Source of the DNA: Tubiluchus corallicola
Taxonomy: Eukaryota > Animalia > Priapulida
Reading direction: 5' to 3'
Assembly: GCA_030141605.1 (NCBI GenBank)
Contig: JAQGDQ010000054.1
Location: 558,001 to 622,000 of the forward strand
Length of the DNA: 64,000 nucleotides
Shown here: positions 12,131-26,237 of the stretch, one piece after another
Numbering within the stretch: the first letter of the stretch is position 1
Layout of the letters: the number at the start of each line of letters is the position of its first letter
Program-made: the position numbers and the translations under genes
Notes under the pieces: generated by a model
What the model was told of the DNA's origin: nothing
Seen by the model: the letters and a program-made list of their open reading frames with translations, nothing else
The model's database searches: none

Positions 12131-13599
12131 ATTAATATTTGTTATAAAGCTATAAAAACATGATTTTTAATCAAGTCTTTAAAACCTATATAACCTAATT
12201 ATTGTTTTTAAACAGATATGAGAGAGTGTTTGTGAACTTAGTATTTTGCGTTGTTAGTCTCAGCTATATAGAAACCGTAAGCTTTCGCATTAATTACAAA
12301 ATACCAGATAGAAACTGACTGGTATTGAAAGGTTCATTACTAGTATTTGGCGTCTAGTACTTGTGAGAAGGTTTAATTCTTTTGTGAAATCATTGCCTTA
12401 TATTATACCTTACTGCATAGTAGCTTAAAGTAGTGTGCGGAGCTAAGGAGAACAATTCTGTTGGCCGAAGTACGCTTACTATTTAGAAAGCCATTGTTTT
12501 TTGTTTATTTTGTAACGTGACATAAGTGATGTGCTTGGTCTACGATAACGACGGTTTTACCAAAATGTTCTCTAAGGGTTTGCCAAAGTCTGCCAAGCAG
12601 CACACCAAACTTGCACCCGTGAACGTCATTGACAGAGACGTGCAACACGTCAAAGTGCATAATAGGCTACGTGCACTGCACAAGGCTTTCTCAACAGTTG
12701 TAAAACCTCTGTCGTTTCTGTATTTTTGCTTTGCTGTTCATCAGCGCGCAACGCTAACGTTAGGACTGCGCCGTTTTTCAAAAGAAGACTTATAAATGAG
12801 TAGCAGAGTAAAGAAATTTTTTAAGGAAGCGAATACTGTTTAGTTTAAAGATGTCGCTAATCAAATTGACTTTGTGCTTTCTACCAGCTCAACTCATTTT
12901 AGCAGTTTAATGAGTCCCCGTGCTGAATTCAACATGACACTGATCTAACAATACTCTCTTTTAAACGATCTCACAGACTTCTTACACAACAAGGTTGTTA
13001 ATTAGTCCGCAAGAAAGGATGCGGTGCTTCGTAGCCAATAAACTGTATTACAAAAAACGTCTAGAATGGCTGCTATACAGACCTATATTTATTAGATCAA
13101 AGCAGAAACACTATGAAACTATTCTCGTATCCATATAGAGTTTGAACTAGTTGTAATAGACTTCAACACCCATCTTCTTTTCTCTCGTATTTGTTACTAA
13201 ATTATGCCTAAATTTCATAAAAATTAATGTGAAAATGGAGATCTTGTTTTAATTAAATTAACATAATTTCTTCTGCATAAAAGCCAGTGTAAATTGAATA
13301 ACTTCTCTCTGTAGAATGAAATCTACTTTTAATGTTAGCTTCAAAAATTATAAACACTAATAACTTAAAATCATATTGATCGACACGCTGCTATTGATAA
13401 CAAACAATGGGATTCTACTTGCATTCTCCTTTTAGATTTTATGATTTTACGTCTATCGGATCAACTTGTTTTTGTCTTCCAACCAAAAAAGTGTAAATGG
13501 TTTGGTACACTTACTCAGTTTTCTTCGCTGTCTAGTATCTAAAATTCGCGAATTTGACGTTATACATTTATTTTCTAAAAAAAACTTATATCACGTATG

Positions 13600-14050
13600 T
13601 AAACATATTTCCGTATCAAAAGCGATGTAGTTGTAGATAAGTTAAAAATTGTCTAACGATATAAGCAAACAATAAGTTTTGTTTTATAAAGGTGATTAAA
13701 GGACCTATAGTTTTTATAATCCCCAAACGAAGTATCGATACTAGAAGCTTTAGTGATCTAGAAGAAACAGTGCAATAGATATATACCAAACTGATCAAAT
13801 CATAAATAAATGCGGTTAAGAAATAAGTCACATAGTAAAAGATTATAATTACAAAAAACTTAAACTATTTACAATCCAATATATAAAATGTGGGTCACTT
13901 ACTGGATTTTTTTATATGGTATTGGTATATTACATTGCGTGGTGCGTTCACCAGTATGGTGGGTTTTATTCTATCAGTCATCGAGTTTCTTGTCAAAAAT
14001 CAGTTGCAGCTAATCTGAATATGGTCAATATTTTTTTCGTTATATTTTCA
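13600..14050 (-). mobile_element. Penelope-like GIY-YIG endonuclease remnant
   Basis: Minus strand 13940-13875 gives RNVIYQYHIKKSSK*PT then YIG after a frameshift, resembling NVVY..C..C...YIG. Boundaries are approximate. Confidence 0.35.
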
Positions 14051-15454
14051 TTTTGACTTCTTTTTTTAACTTCTTTCAACTAACTGCTAGAAAGCTCTTC
14101 TTTTTTCGTTTTTCTCAAAAGATCTTTTCTCTCATATTCTACATTCTTTATTTCACACCTCATGGTTTTTTAACATGCAATGTGTTTCATAGTTACATAC
14201 GGCAAACTTCTCAACACTGTAGAAATTTGAGCCAGCAATACATTCATAAAATTCTTTTTATTATTTTTTGTTTTCTCAATTATGCTGTATAATTTGCATT
14301 TGTAATATAGTAGTTTGCTGGGTAAAACAAACTGAATTGGAATTTTGGTTTCAATGGTATAATATTAGTGTGCCATAAGACTTATTAGTTCAAAATTACA
14401 AATTTCCGGTCTTCTGGTCACTCTGCACAATCTTGATACTGGTACTTAACAAGTACATAACACTTAAAATAGGACTTGGACACCGCGGTTATGAAACTGT
14501 CACAACACTGAAATGTTCTTTACAGTGTGTTATTAATTTTTCAGATTTTAGTGAAGCGGTTATTGCGGTGAAATGTTGCATATTTTAGGAGTGATCATTG
14601 CACAACTTCTATTTTTGCAGCTAAATCTGTTGTCATTAATTGATTCGAACCAGCGGTTTGACATCTCGTTACTCCCCGAAGCCTACATCGCATAAAATCT
14701 AAAGCACGTGTGACAAACTGTAGCCTGGTCCTCATTTATGGTGTTTATTCTCGAAAGTGTTACATGCAAATAGAGATACATTCGTAATGATCGATGACTA
14801 CACGAAGTTGTTGTTAATCAATATAAATGCGTGTGCGAAATAGTTATATTAAATGGTAATGTAGACCTACAGCAATCCAAGTGACGGGTGAGACTACACA
14901 GTCACTTTGTCAAGAAAGTTAACGATCACGGAGTGTCTTTGTTAATACGCTTATAACGTTAGATGAATTTTGAAGATGATTACGAAGGAAAGTTGTTCCG
15001 CATCCAAAAATTGTTGTTGATGAAGCGTCTGAACCTCTTATGCACAAGATGATGACCATCATGAAAACTAGAGTGTTCAAATGTGTACTGTTCGTACAGT
15101 AATCAACGTTGGCTTGTCATTAAGCTACTCGGAAAAGAATTTATAAACATGGGAAAACACAGCAGAATCCAGAATTCGGAGCTGCATTAATGATTTATTC
15201 TTTATCCAAATATATCAAGTGCACGGCGGTAAGGCTACGTAGACAACCACACGATGACCATCATTTAGGACATCAGTGTAAAAATGCTGGTTTTGTGAAT
15301 TCTTTTCACATGTGATCTTTTACGTGATTTGATTAGTAGCGTTTAATTTCAGCAAAACAGCTTGTGGTGTGTAACAAATATTTAAATAACAAATTAAAGC
15401 AACTTGATCTGAAACGAACTTAACTGAGGGACACAGAGCAAGAATAAAAGCAAA

Positions 15455-15526
15455 ATGAATGTGTTGCATCAGTCAAAAAGTGGTGGCTCAAACGGCCAAT
15501 CGGCAACCCAGAAGATGATCGAACAT
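15455..15526 (+). CDS. Candidate alternative first coding exon A (MNVLHQSKSGGSNGQSATQKMIEH)
   Basis: caaaATG context, 24 open codons, phase-0 donor CAT|gtaagt. Shares SxSGGS at residues 7-12 with the exon at 45706. Confidence 0.45.
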
Positions 15527-16349
15527 GTAAGTATGGCGTGCTTTGCCTCAATATATTGTTTTAAACCTAATTAGTCTAATAACGATAATTAGTATAATCA
15601 TTTTCCAATCAAAGAACAGAGCTCAGTGTGTTAGATGGCAATTACAAATAATTACATTAGGCCCTAATGTATTGCCATAGATTCTCAAAGGCTTTGCGTC
15701 ACAACTGAACATGAACCTTCACTTGAAATCATATAAGAATTTTGTTTAAAGTAATCTACTGTTATGGTAGCTGCTATTATGGTAGTAAAATTGAAGCGTT
15801 GACCATATTGTGGTTTTACATACTGCAAACTGACATTTTGTAGTCCTGAATTTCATCTGTGCTTTTTATATCTGAATTCATTTCTATTATTTATGATGTT
15901 TTAACAATACATAACAATGAGAGGTTTCAGCTTCTCTTGGATACAACATTTCAAAACCGGTACTCGGGTTATTTTACTCAGTAGTTTATACTAATTAAGT
16001 CTGTGCGTGCCTGTGTGGTAATAATGATGATTTGATAAAGGCGCCAATGATGGCAGCGACGATGGCAACAACCACTCATCCACTAATCACCACTCATGAA
16101 TCTTGTATGTGAGCGGTTCTTAACCAGTCGGTATCCACGACATTTTGAAATTCTATACCTCACCCCAGAGCTGTAGATAAACAGAAAACCTTGAAGTTCC
16201 AGGCTAAATTATCGGCCTGTATAAAATTATTAGTTAACTAAATTTATCAACATAAAATTTCAAAAATATGAATAAACAGCAAATGGATTCGTTTTAATGT
16301 GAATTTTGTGCTTCATTACATTCTGTTCATTCGTCGAAGGACATAGCAC

Positions 16350-17130
16350 TATTAAGTGTTACCTTTTCTTGCCAAGCGCTTCGGTCCTTAGCTACATTCC
16401 AAGATGAAGAATCTTTCAGAATTAGAGACGTTCCATTGCGATCTTTTTGCGAGAAATCCATCCATGTAAGTAATCTGCCGCCTCTTGGTTTCTTTAATGG
16501 TTGAACTGATTCATGAAAAGCTTTAATAAGTGGACTATTTTATGGTAACCTCAGAGCATGATGAACCCAATTAAGTCTTCTGCGTCTGATCTTCCTTGCC
16601 CTTTTTTCTTCCTTGATTTTACCGTACAAATCTTTGTTGCTTGCAACTTTTGGCCATTTTATCTGCAGTAATGATCTGTATTAACGTCTTTGAATGGCGT
16701 CAGTTTCCTTTTGATTATTACTTTCAAGGTACACAGTTCTGAATTTTATAGAAAAATGGATAATACGAAAGTGTTGAAGATCCTGAGTTTAGTGATATTT
16801 TTGTTGTTGAAAACATTTCTAAGTTTCGAGAATACCACTAGTGCTAGTATTTTAATGTCTTGTTTAGTGCCTAGTAGACTTCCCAGGTATTTACAATTTC
16901 TTCCAGGCTTTATCATCTTTGTATTTAATGTGAAACTCTTCAGTTTTGTTTTCGTTAACATTTCATTTCTTTGAGGATTGTTGGAACTGTTCTTCTAATG
17001 GCGTCTGCATCTTCTTTTGTTTTTGCCAAGAAAGAAATATCATCAGTATCTTGAAAACAGCACATCGATGATGGCAAGCAGTATTTTCTTGCTCTTGTTT
17101 TTTCTTAAACATGTGTGCCACACGGAACCT
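16350..17130 (-). mobile_element. Decayed RTE-clade LINE (reverse transcriptase C-terminal half)
   Basis: Minus-strand motifs TDDI, KYLGSLL, KLRIFNTFVLSIFL, IKWPKVASNKDLY, IRRRRLNWVHHALRLP, KPRGGRLLTW and DRSAW. Confidence 0.75.
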
Positions 17131-18657
17131 CTTTTTGCAGCGAAGCGAAAATATGATATTCTGTGACAAAACAAAACGATGAAACACTGAAAGACGTGTA
17201 AAATGAAGAAGTTATTTATCTTGACTCTGTCCTCGCAACTCCAATAACTGAATCTTGGTGGCTAAGCCCGGACCCCATGCAGCTTGTACATTAGCTCACT
17301 CCTGAGAATTTATATTCAGCTTACCATCAAGCCATAGGTCATGGATGGTCTTATAAGCCCATTAATACGATAAATAAGCACTATAATTCAGCCTGCTTTA
17401 AAGTGTAGACACGACTAATGGTGTAAGATAATGTGAAACAATTCAGCTGTAGCTGGTGATTATGGCAATGGCTGTTTTTGCTACTGTTACCACTTGCATT
17501 GATTCTGGCTGTTGCTTTGGCTTTAACTAGCTTAGGAGACGATTACTAGGATCAACTCGCTTCGTCTTCTGATGTTGGTTTACTCCGCCTACTGATTACT
17601 TTCAGAATGCTAGTCCATAACTGATTGCCTTAATAAAAGCTTTAGACAATATTGACATTTCAAATAAATGAATGCGTTACTACTACTGCGTTTATTTCTG
17701 TCGATGTAATTTCTTATTATTTTAAAATAATAGGCTGTTTTGCTTAATGGGTTTTTATCGGATTAATTTGTATTCATTTTGAAATCTTTTTTATTATTGT
17801 TTTTATATGCTTCTTCAAAAAACAGGGTGTTTCAAATTTAATGTTTGTTATTTTGAATAATGCCTAATTACTTCTGTAATGAGTTTGAATTTTTTCAACA
17901 TATAGATTATACTTTCGATGCTTTGATAGTCCGAAAAAAAGTTTCGGAATACCGAGCCATTATTTTGAACAAATGCAAATGTTTGGAAACAACAAAGCAT
18001 TATGTGAAAAAATACAAACCGTGTGTGAGTTCATAATACCATATTCATAAAAGTTTTTCATAATACCGTGTTCTCAGCATATTATTCTACATAGTCTGTA
18101 TTTCTCTTGAAAATACCACTAACCAAATTTTTGAGCAATTTATTCCAGATGAAATGTGCTGGCTTCTGCTTCCAAATTTTCATTCCTGTCTCGTTCCTGT
18201 TTGAACAGTCCTTAATTGCAAATTCGCTCAAATTTCAAAATGCTTCGCGTTTATAATACGTTTTATTTGAAATAACATTTTTTAAACATTTCTAATTCTT
18301 ACAATAAAGAATTCTGCTAAATTTTAAAATTCTCCGGATTCTTTCAACTAAACTGCAAGCATTGATTTGCTAAGCTTGAATTTTTGCATTTGGGTTTATA
18401 TCCGCTTAATGATAATGACGCGTTAAAATGATATTAATAATAAGCAATTATTAGGAGCCGGAACATTGAAAAATAGTATGACAAATAGCGGCAATTGTAA
18501 AAATTAAACTCTGGTAGTTTACGTAGTGTTAATTATTCAAGGTCGTTTATGACAGTCAGTTTAAAATTAGACATCACACTAAATTGTGACAGCTCATTTG
18601 CATAATTGTGTGGCTGTTTCAATTTAAAATTCATGCTGTAGTTTAGTTTTCAGGGAT

Positions 18658-18909
<252 letters not shown>

Positions 18910-21649
18910 TGGTGCTGGCGACTAGCCTCGTCTTTGCTTAGTTTCTATCGCTAAGTACATAAGTACACACCATCACCACCTGTCTATACTCTCGCCCCTG
19001 AGGCTGGGGTATGCCCAATAGGCACTGTTACAGCACAAGTGAGTTTAATGGAGATATGTTCGCACAGTCAAAACTGGTTGCACAGGTAGCGATGTAAATA
19101 TAGCCCTAGTCTTAGGCAGTTTCGTAAATATGCCCTTCAAAAACTTGCACGTCTTGACAAATTTTTGAGTGGTTTCCCATTTTCTTCTAAACAATCTCCC
19201 AAATGAATTTCGCTCACAAATCCATAACCGCGTAATTGTCTTCAAGTAGTAATTCCTAGATTTGGGGCTACGCTATTTATTTTAAAACAAACCGTCTGGA
19301 GACTCTATTGCGTAGGCTCGCCTAGCTGACTGATAAGCGAGTTTGTTTGGTTGACAAGACTGATGTTTCTTGGTCTTCCCACGAGAAAGCATTAGTTTTG
19401 TATCGCGTCTCATTTGTAATCGTCGTTTTCTCTTCAGTGTCTCTTAAGTTACGTAAGTGATTAATTTGGAAGTTGTGTGTAATTTTTGCTTTGCTGACTG
19501 ACTTGAGAAACTGGTGCCTCCAGTTGTTGCACACACGAAAATTTGCCATTGTTTTCCTGTCTTGAAATTTTTTTTGTTTTTGCTTTGTCTTGCCTTGTAT
19601 TGCCTATAATTGTCTTGCATTTTATGGGCTTTGCCTTGGTTGTAGCGAGCTAGCCCAGCTGAGAATTTCTAGCTAGCAAAGACCTCAAACCACTTTAGAA
19701 ACTGTTACGTAATGCTGTCGTATAATAATAAATTTACGACTGTAAATGTTCATGGTTGGTCTTTCGTGATCCTAATCACATTTTTATCCCATAAAGTCAA
19801 GTTATGACTGATTTTTCCTTCCCCTGCTGATCTAACAGCATTACAATTATTGTCGTTGTATGAAAGCACTTGAATTCAAGAGCATGAATACCACAGAAAC
19901 AAATAATTCTACTGAGTTACCCGAATCTTTTGGAAGCACGTAATAATCAATTTCTCTGTATTTACGTACTAATATCTGCGTTTTACATATCGCTTGTAAC
20001 ACGATTATATTAATTGTATTATGGATGCCCAAAAAATCATTTTATACAGTCAGTTGATGCAAATGAGTATTGCAACGTAGAGAAATCTGTACTTCTCTAC
20101 AGTTAATATCTAATTTTTTATCTTATTCTCCTTCCGACCTATAGAGAGAACTCTGCTCGATTTTTATGCCATTCTTCAAAATGCAGTTTTTTCGAATTTA
20201 ATGTTTGTTACTTCGAATAAAGTTTAATTATTTTTAGGTTATATTTGCTGGAGTAATATTAGCTTTAAGATATGAACTGCGATCGGCAAGAAGGAATTTA
20301 TCTTCGAGCTTATTTAGTTTTTATAATGGAGTTCTCTAACGATGGAAAATGACGTTGCGCAGTAGTTAACCTGTTTTGCACCATATTTGATTTTTTTCGA
20401 TTCTCCACATCGAAAAAACTGTGTGTTTTCTAATATTATCTTTTGCAAACACCACGAGCCAATTGTAACATCACTTTGCTGGAGTGTAAAAGCTTCACCA
20501 AAGCTTCACCAAAGATATATTTCACAAAAACTCATAACGCTGTCAACACGAGATTATATGTCTGTCACCACGGCAACACGTCAATCTTCACAAATGACCC
20601 AATGTTACCTATCTTGACTTTTGACTTTTTATGTCCAAGCTCCTTGACCTTTGACCTTTGGTCAGAATGAATACTTACCTAAAACTTGTAAAAGGCAGTA
20701 CCTATAATGAGTTTTTTTGCCAAGTCTAGAACGATATTGTTAAGAAGTCGTGTGGCTATCTTGTATGCCCCCTGAAGTTAGCAAATATCGCAACTAAAAT
20801 TAAGTATCGCCAAAACTGGCCAGTAAGTGGATTGGTGATCACCTGGGAAGCGGCTTCTTTTCTTTTGTCATACTGCCATGGCTCTTTATTTCGTTGGGGA
20901 AAGATGTACATGAAAACGAGCATAACAAAGAACATTACCTACGTGATGAGAACAGTGAACCGGCGCACACTCCTTCCAATTCAGTGACTCATCTTAAAGA
21001 TTTGTTCTGCGTGATAACGACATAGATCTCGGTCCTCCCACAACCAATCATCTATAATAAGAAGACCCTGCTTTCATGTGCTAATCCCAGCTGTCAGTGT
21101 CATACTGGGTAAAAGTACTTCAAAGGATTTTTCCTCAGAGTCGCGCGTGCACAAAAACAATCTTCACTGAAGGTCATGCCTATATGTCCAAGGACAATGA
21201 ATTTCTAAAATTTGCAATGTACCATTTTGCTGTTATTACTACATGTTTTCTTTATAGTTGAGTATAGTTTATAGTAGAAGTGGGAAACATTCTTAAGTAA
21301 GGTTTTATCTGCCTTGATCTTTACTCTTGGCCACTTATTTGCAAAAGATATGAATATTATAGTCTTTACCGTCGACCATGATGCCAGCATATAAAATTTG
21401 ACGTTAGTAAATGTCCCAAGGTTCTTTTAAAGTGTGCATAGAAACGAACAAAATACAAACTATATACAAAGGCAGAACTGTATACTTTACCCACATCTGA
21501 CGCGACTTTGCGTGCTCATTTTGTTTATCTGGCAGGTTAATAATCAATAGCGTCCACATGTTTCTTTCATGAATGTACATTGTATGATCTACTATGACAA
21601 TACAGAAATTATTGCATTCATGTTTTATTCTGCAGGATTCTTCTGCATT

Positions 21650-23080
21650 CTGTAAACATCAATACTCACAACTAGAAAAAGGATAGTCGTCGTAACGAAT
21701 TGGATGTTTGACTCTCTTGAGCCATATTCAATGCTCCGCTGGAAGAATAGTCATACTGACATGTAAATCTCTGATGGGCATTTCTGCAAAAGTTTTGCTG
21801 CCGACTGTCTTACAGTTTTAATTTTTTTTTAAATTGGCGTTTGTCTTTGAACCAACCACTCAAAACCAGTTATCTCCACACCGAAACTGTGCTCCAGTCT
21901 CACGCATAGAGTTTTTTAAATTAAATTACAACATTCTGCATACTAAACAAAAGTATACAGTGTTGTATACTATATGCACGCGAAATGAAATTATTTAAGA
22001 CATTCACAAACGATGACTAAAATGCTCAGAAAGTTTTAGAAACTAACAGAATCAAATTTTTTTAGAGTAGAACCTAGGGTTAACAATGTTTCAAGTAATT
22101 ATCACAAGACATTGATCTGATCATCTGTACATCTGTGCATTCATCTCACTGCTTATTGTCAGTAATGTTGCTAATGTATACAAAAATAACATGGGTCTAG
22201 GACTATACCTTATGGAACCCCTGCATTTAATGACTGTGTATGAGATATGATAAGGTCCAGTCTAATGTATAAACGAATTAAAAACCTTAATATAAAAGCT
22301 GGCCCTCTATTCCATATTGCCTTTAACGCTCTATACTGTGTACATCAATCTCTCATACTACACAACATGTATCCCTGTACAAAAAACAAACACTAAAATG
22401 CATTCGGAGGTTAATAGCGTATTTTGTCTAACTTGTTACCAACTTGCACATTGTTCAGCAGAGCCACGCCACCCAAAGAATGTCTTTGACTTTTTTGTTC
22501 ATGTTCACTCGCATGTCTGAAAACGTCAATGGGTTATCTGTATCAAGTTTGTTGTAACAATCATGGTGGTAGTGCCTCAAAGAGTTTTCCTATAGAATGT
22601 ACACAAATAAACAGACGGAAATGACATCCCACCTGTAAAGCCGACTATTGAGCTACCATTGCAACGATTAAGTTCATGCGCCACCAAAAAAACTTTTCAC
22701 TATTGTGCAGGACATGGAATCGCTAGAGTATTAAAATAGCCCTTAAAAGCATCATCAGTTCTCGCGAACTAGTCCACATACGCGCTCATAACACAGGGTT
22801 TATCGTCAAAAACCTTTTCAGACGTAAACAGGCTCAAAAAGGCGGAAACTCTCTGGAGTTCTTTCAAAGTGTTTAGCCTAATAGAATTGGATATGTTCAT
22901 TTGTGTTTATTCATGAATGTTTTATTAGGTATGGCTGCTGATCTGGGATATGTTCTCTTTGGTGAGTGAAGGTTTCTCGGTCTATATCGACTGGCAGTTT
23001 GGTATAATAGTATTTTGCTTGGAAGGTCGGCAGTTTAAACATGCTGTTTCACTTAGTTTTGCATTTAAAATCTTTTCTGC
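21650..23080 (-). mobile_element. Decayed CR1/L2-group LINE reverse transcriptase region
   Basis: Minus strand at ~22225-22110 gives GVP*GIVLDP (GVPQGSVLGP-like) and a downstream YADD-like remnant. Many disablements; boundaries approximate. Confidence 0.5.
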
Positions 23081-25633
23081 TGATTAATAAAATCTCTTGG
23101 TCAGCTGAATTTTGTTTATACAGTAATTTCTGAAGAGTTACACTGTGCGCTTGCAACGGAACGAAAAAATTGTTTTAGACATTTATTTCAGCCATGCATG
23201 ATTGGAATGATAGTGTTTTCTATTTTTTAAAGCAGGAATAGAATTAAGTTAAGGTGATTAATGGGAAAAGAAACTCTTGTTGACCTGCAAGACTGGCTGT
23301 ATTAGTTTCTGACTGCACAGAGGAAAAGAAGAAAAACGTGATCAGTGTATTATGCTTACCTCATCAAGCACACATGTTTTTTTCTGACTAGTAAAAAGAA
23401 ACTGATTAAAATGTTATTTTAATAAAAAGTGTGCACACGCTTTATTCCCAACAATTATTCACACATTTCGTTGATAATTTGCTACATATCAATTAATCAT
23501 TATTTATTAATTCTTGATAATTTGCAACCGATTATTAATTATTGAAAACTTGTTACTGGTTGAACTGTAAAAGGTAAATACAAATTAATAGATAAATACA
23601 AATATTAAATTGATGTCAATTGATGTGAGGCAATAGAGAGGCAATATTATCACCATTACACTGAAGCAATACCTACAATGTTGGGCATTTACGAAAAAAG
23701 TTGCTTCAGTGTAATGGTGATAATCAAATGATGATGAACAAGAAGTAATCAAAGCCCCACAAAATAAATGCGTCGGCGCCTGGCGAAACAAGTTTCGGAT
23801 CATAAGCTTGGGCAGAAATTTTAATTTTTAACATAGTTTTTTTGGCTTGAATCAGACAGTTTCACATAAGTGATTCATGGATTCTCCCAATAATGCGTAC
23901 AATACATAATCAACATGTACCAAATTAAAGTAAATTGTATTAGAAATTATACATCAATTTACATAATATCATATCAATGGAAATTAAGCATGATTGTACA
24001 ACATATACAATGAAAAGCTTACCAATTAAAATATTAATTTGTTTACTTGTTTAATGTACACTGGTCAACGTGTGGAAAACTCTGAATTGTGTATCACTTT
24101 GAACCAAGACCTTTGTTCAGCGTTTTGACCATTAGGCCTAAGAGCTCTTTGCGATCACGTCGAATCTTAACTCAATTTTAATTGCTCGTCAAACGAATAA
24201 CCCGTCAAACGAGATAAAAGTAGGTAGACAGCAGTGCTTACTCTTTCAGATACGGGCACACTCGTTCAGCCCTGCGTCTTAGGTAAATTCCTGATGTTAA
24301 ATGATCGTAGATGTCGATGCTAGGTAGATATGCATTTGTAAAGCCCAATTTTATTTCTCATGGAATTGCAAAACGCCTAGGAGCATTTTAACATTTTCCG
24401 CATGCACAAACTTCATGTTCATGAATTGCAATGGTCTCTGACTGCTCGTGGTAAATTGGTCTATAATCTCTCATGAGAGCACACGATATACTTAGCCGTT
24501 CTAAAATACGTCTAGCGGCTAACTTTTTAAGCAGCTTTCTTGAAGCTTGTTATTATTTCCTAAAGCTTTGTTCAGCAGCGTATGTAAACAAACCGAAAGC
24601 TTTTTTAGGTTTTGTCGTTAGTGTCCTATGATCAACGCTGGGTATGTTATTGCAATTTGTTCGCAGTTTCTTAGAATTTTGGTGGGCTTTTGTATTCTTG
24701 CTTGTTATAACTGTAAAAACTCGTTATAACTTGTAAGTAGTTAGTTGCTTGAAGGCATTATTTCCAGTTAATAAATTCAACATGTAGAAAATAAACGAAA
24801 GTTTTAATTTACTATACACAGTACCTACTGTATTTCTAACATTAAATGTGAGGGTTATTACATATGCTACAGCTGCCAAAATCAATTCTGTTGCACTCAA
24901 TTCTGTCTTTCTGCAATTATATAGGAAAGCCATGTGCTGTATTTCACGTACTCGATACAAACTAGTAATTATTGGGGAACAACCTTTACTTGGTAATAAA
25001 ATTATCATCATTTGAAGAACCTGATCAAGAAACTAGTTGGCAAAAAGCTTGTTTAATTTTGGGAATAACATACAACAACATACATACAATTTGAACCTAG
25101 GAAAATTTAAAGCAGAGTACTATTACTTGGGTTTTCATTGTTGACCAATAATTACGAAGCATAGAATGCGGGTTCACGCATTTACGCTACCTCTTGTATT
25201 GTTTCATTAAAATTTCATCAGCCGTTTAAGAGATATAGCAACGACAAAAGTATCAATAATAATCTGTCACCCCAGAGACAAGAACTATAACAACGATCAT
25301 AACAAATTAGTGTCCAAACTGCGACAGCTATATCGTTATTACTGAAAGGCGTTACACTAGTGAACTTCTCGTTACGTTCTAATGGGATTTCCGGTTTTGC
25401 AGCTATGCTTAGAAATTCAGTGCAATGAACGAACGAATGGACGCCAAGACTGGGAGACAGACAAACATATTTAACAATCGTCATCATATTGTAGTGAAAT
25501 ATTAGTGGCCCACCTTTTGTTCGCCCGGCTGTTCATTCAGGGAGTGCTAATTCATGCAGGGCTATACTTGCTGGATACTGCCAATAATCTCAGAACCTAT
25601 GTTTGCGTACTGCCTGTCTTGTGGGATAGTTAA

Positions 25634-26237
25634 AGGAAAACCGGACCGAATCTTAAATTGTAGGTCAAAACAATTTACTCTTTAAAATATTGAAAGGAAA
25701 CGTACTATTTTTTTTCAAAAGCGACTTACGCGAAGGAATTATTACCACACAAACACAATTTTGCGTTCGCGTCACCAGTTACATGCATTTCGTCATTCGC
25801 TAGTTAGACGGGCACTAGCGCCTGCATTTCGGAAACGCATTGCACACAAAACAAGTGCTGTACCTCTCAATTCAGATGTGTTAGTTACTGACGAACTACA
25901 CACATTCGACAGCTTATGCGTGAGCACAGCGGTAAATATGAAATTTGGATTTTTGTCTTAAAACTTGTCTAATTTTAGTACAAGACACTGAATATCCTAA
26001 AGTGTCACTATGCTTCAATTTTCGTTTTCGCAAACACGCACAATAAGCTCATGGAATATTTTTGCTGTTGAAAATTATGTTAGTTTGTGATGTCTGTAGT
26101 TGGGCTTGCCCGCCGTTAATTGAGATTTTAATTTATTATTTAATTATTAGAAACGCGTTTGCAATATTAATTGTGTTAAAACACTTTTTATCGGACTTGA
26201 AAATAGAGTAGTATATGCAAAATTATCCTGTCTTCCT
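25634..26237 (+). mobile_element. Kolobok-like non-autonomous element, copy 3
   Basis: Begins ttaa|aggaaaaccgg and ends gtcttcct|tgaa; homologous over its full length to copies 1 and 2. Confidence 0.8.

Noticed and set aside
14960-15100. Protein-like short frames (LRRKVVPHPKIVVDEASEPL...)
   Set aside because: No consistent splice sites or start codon, stops in all frames, and no recognisable domain.
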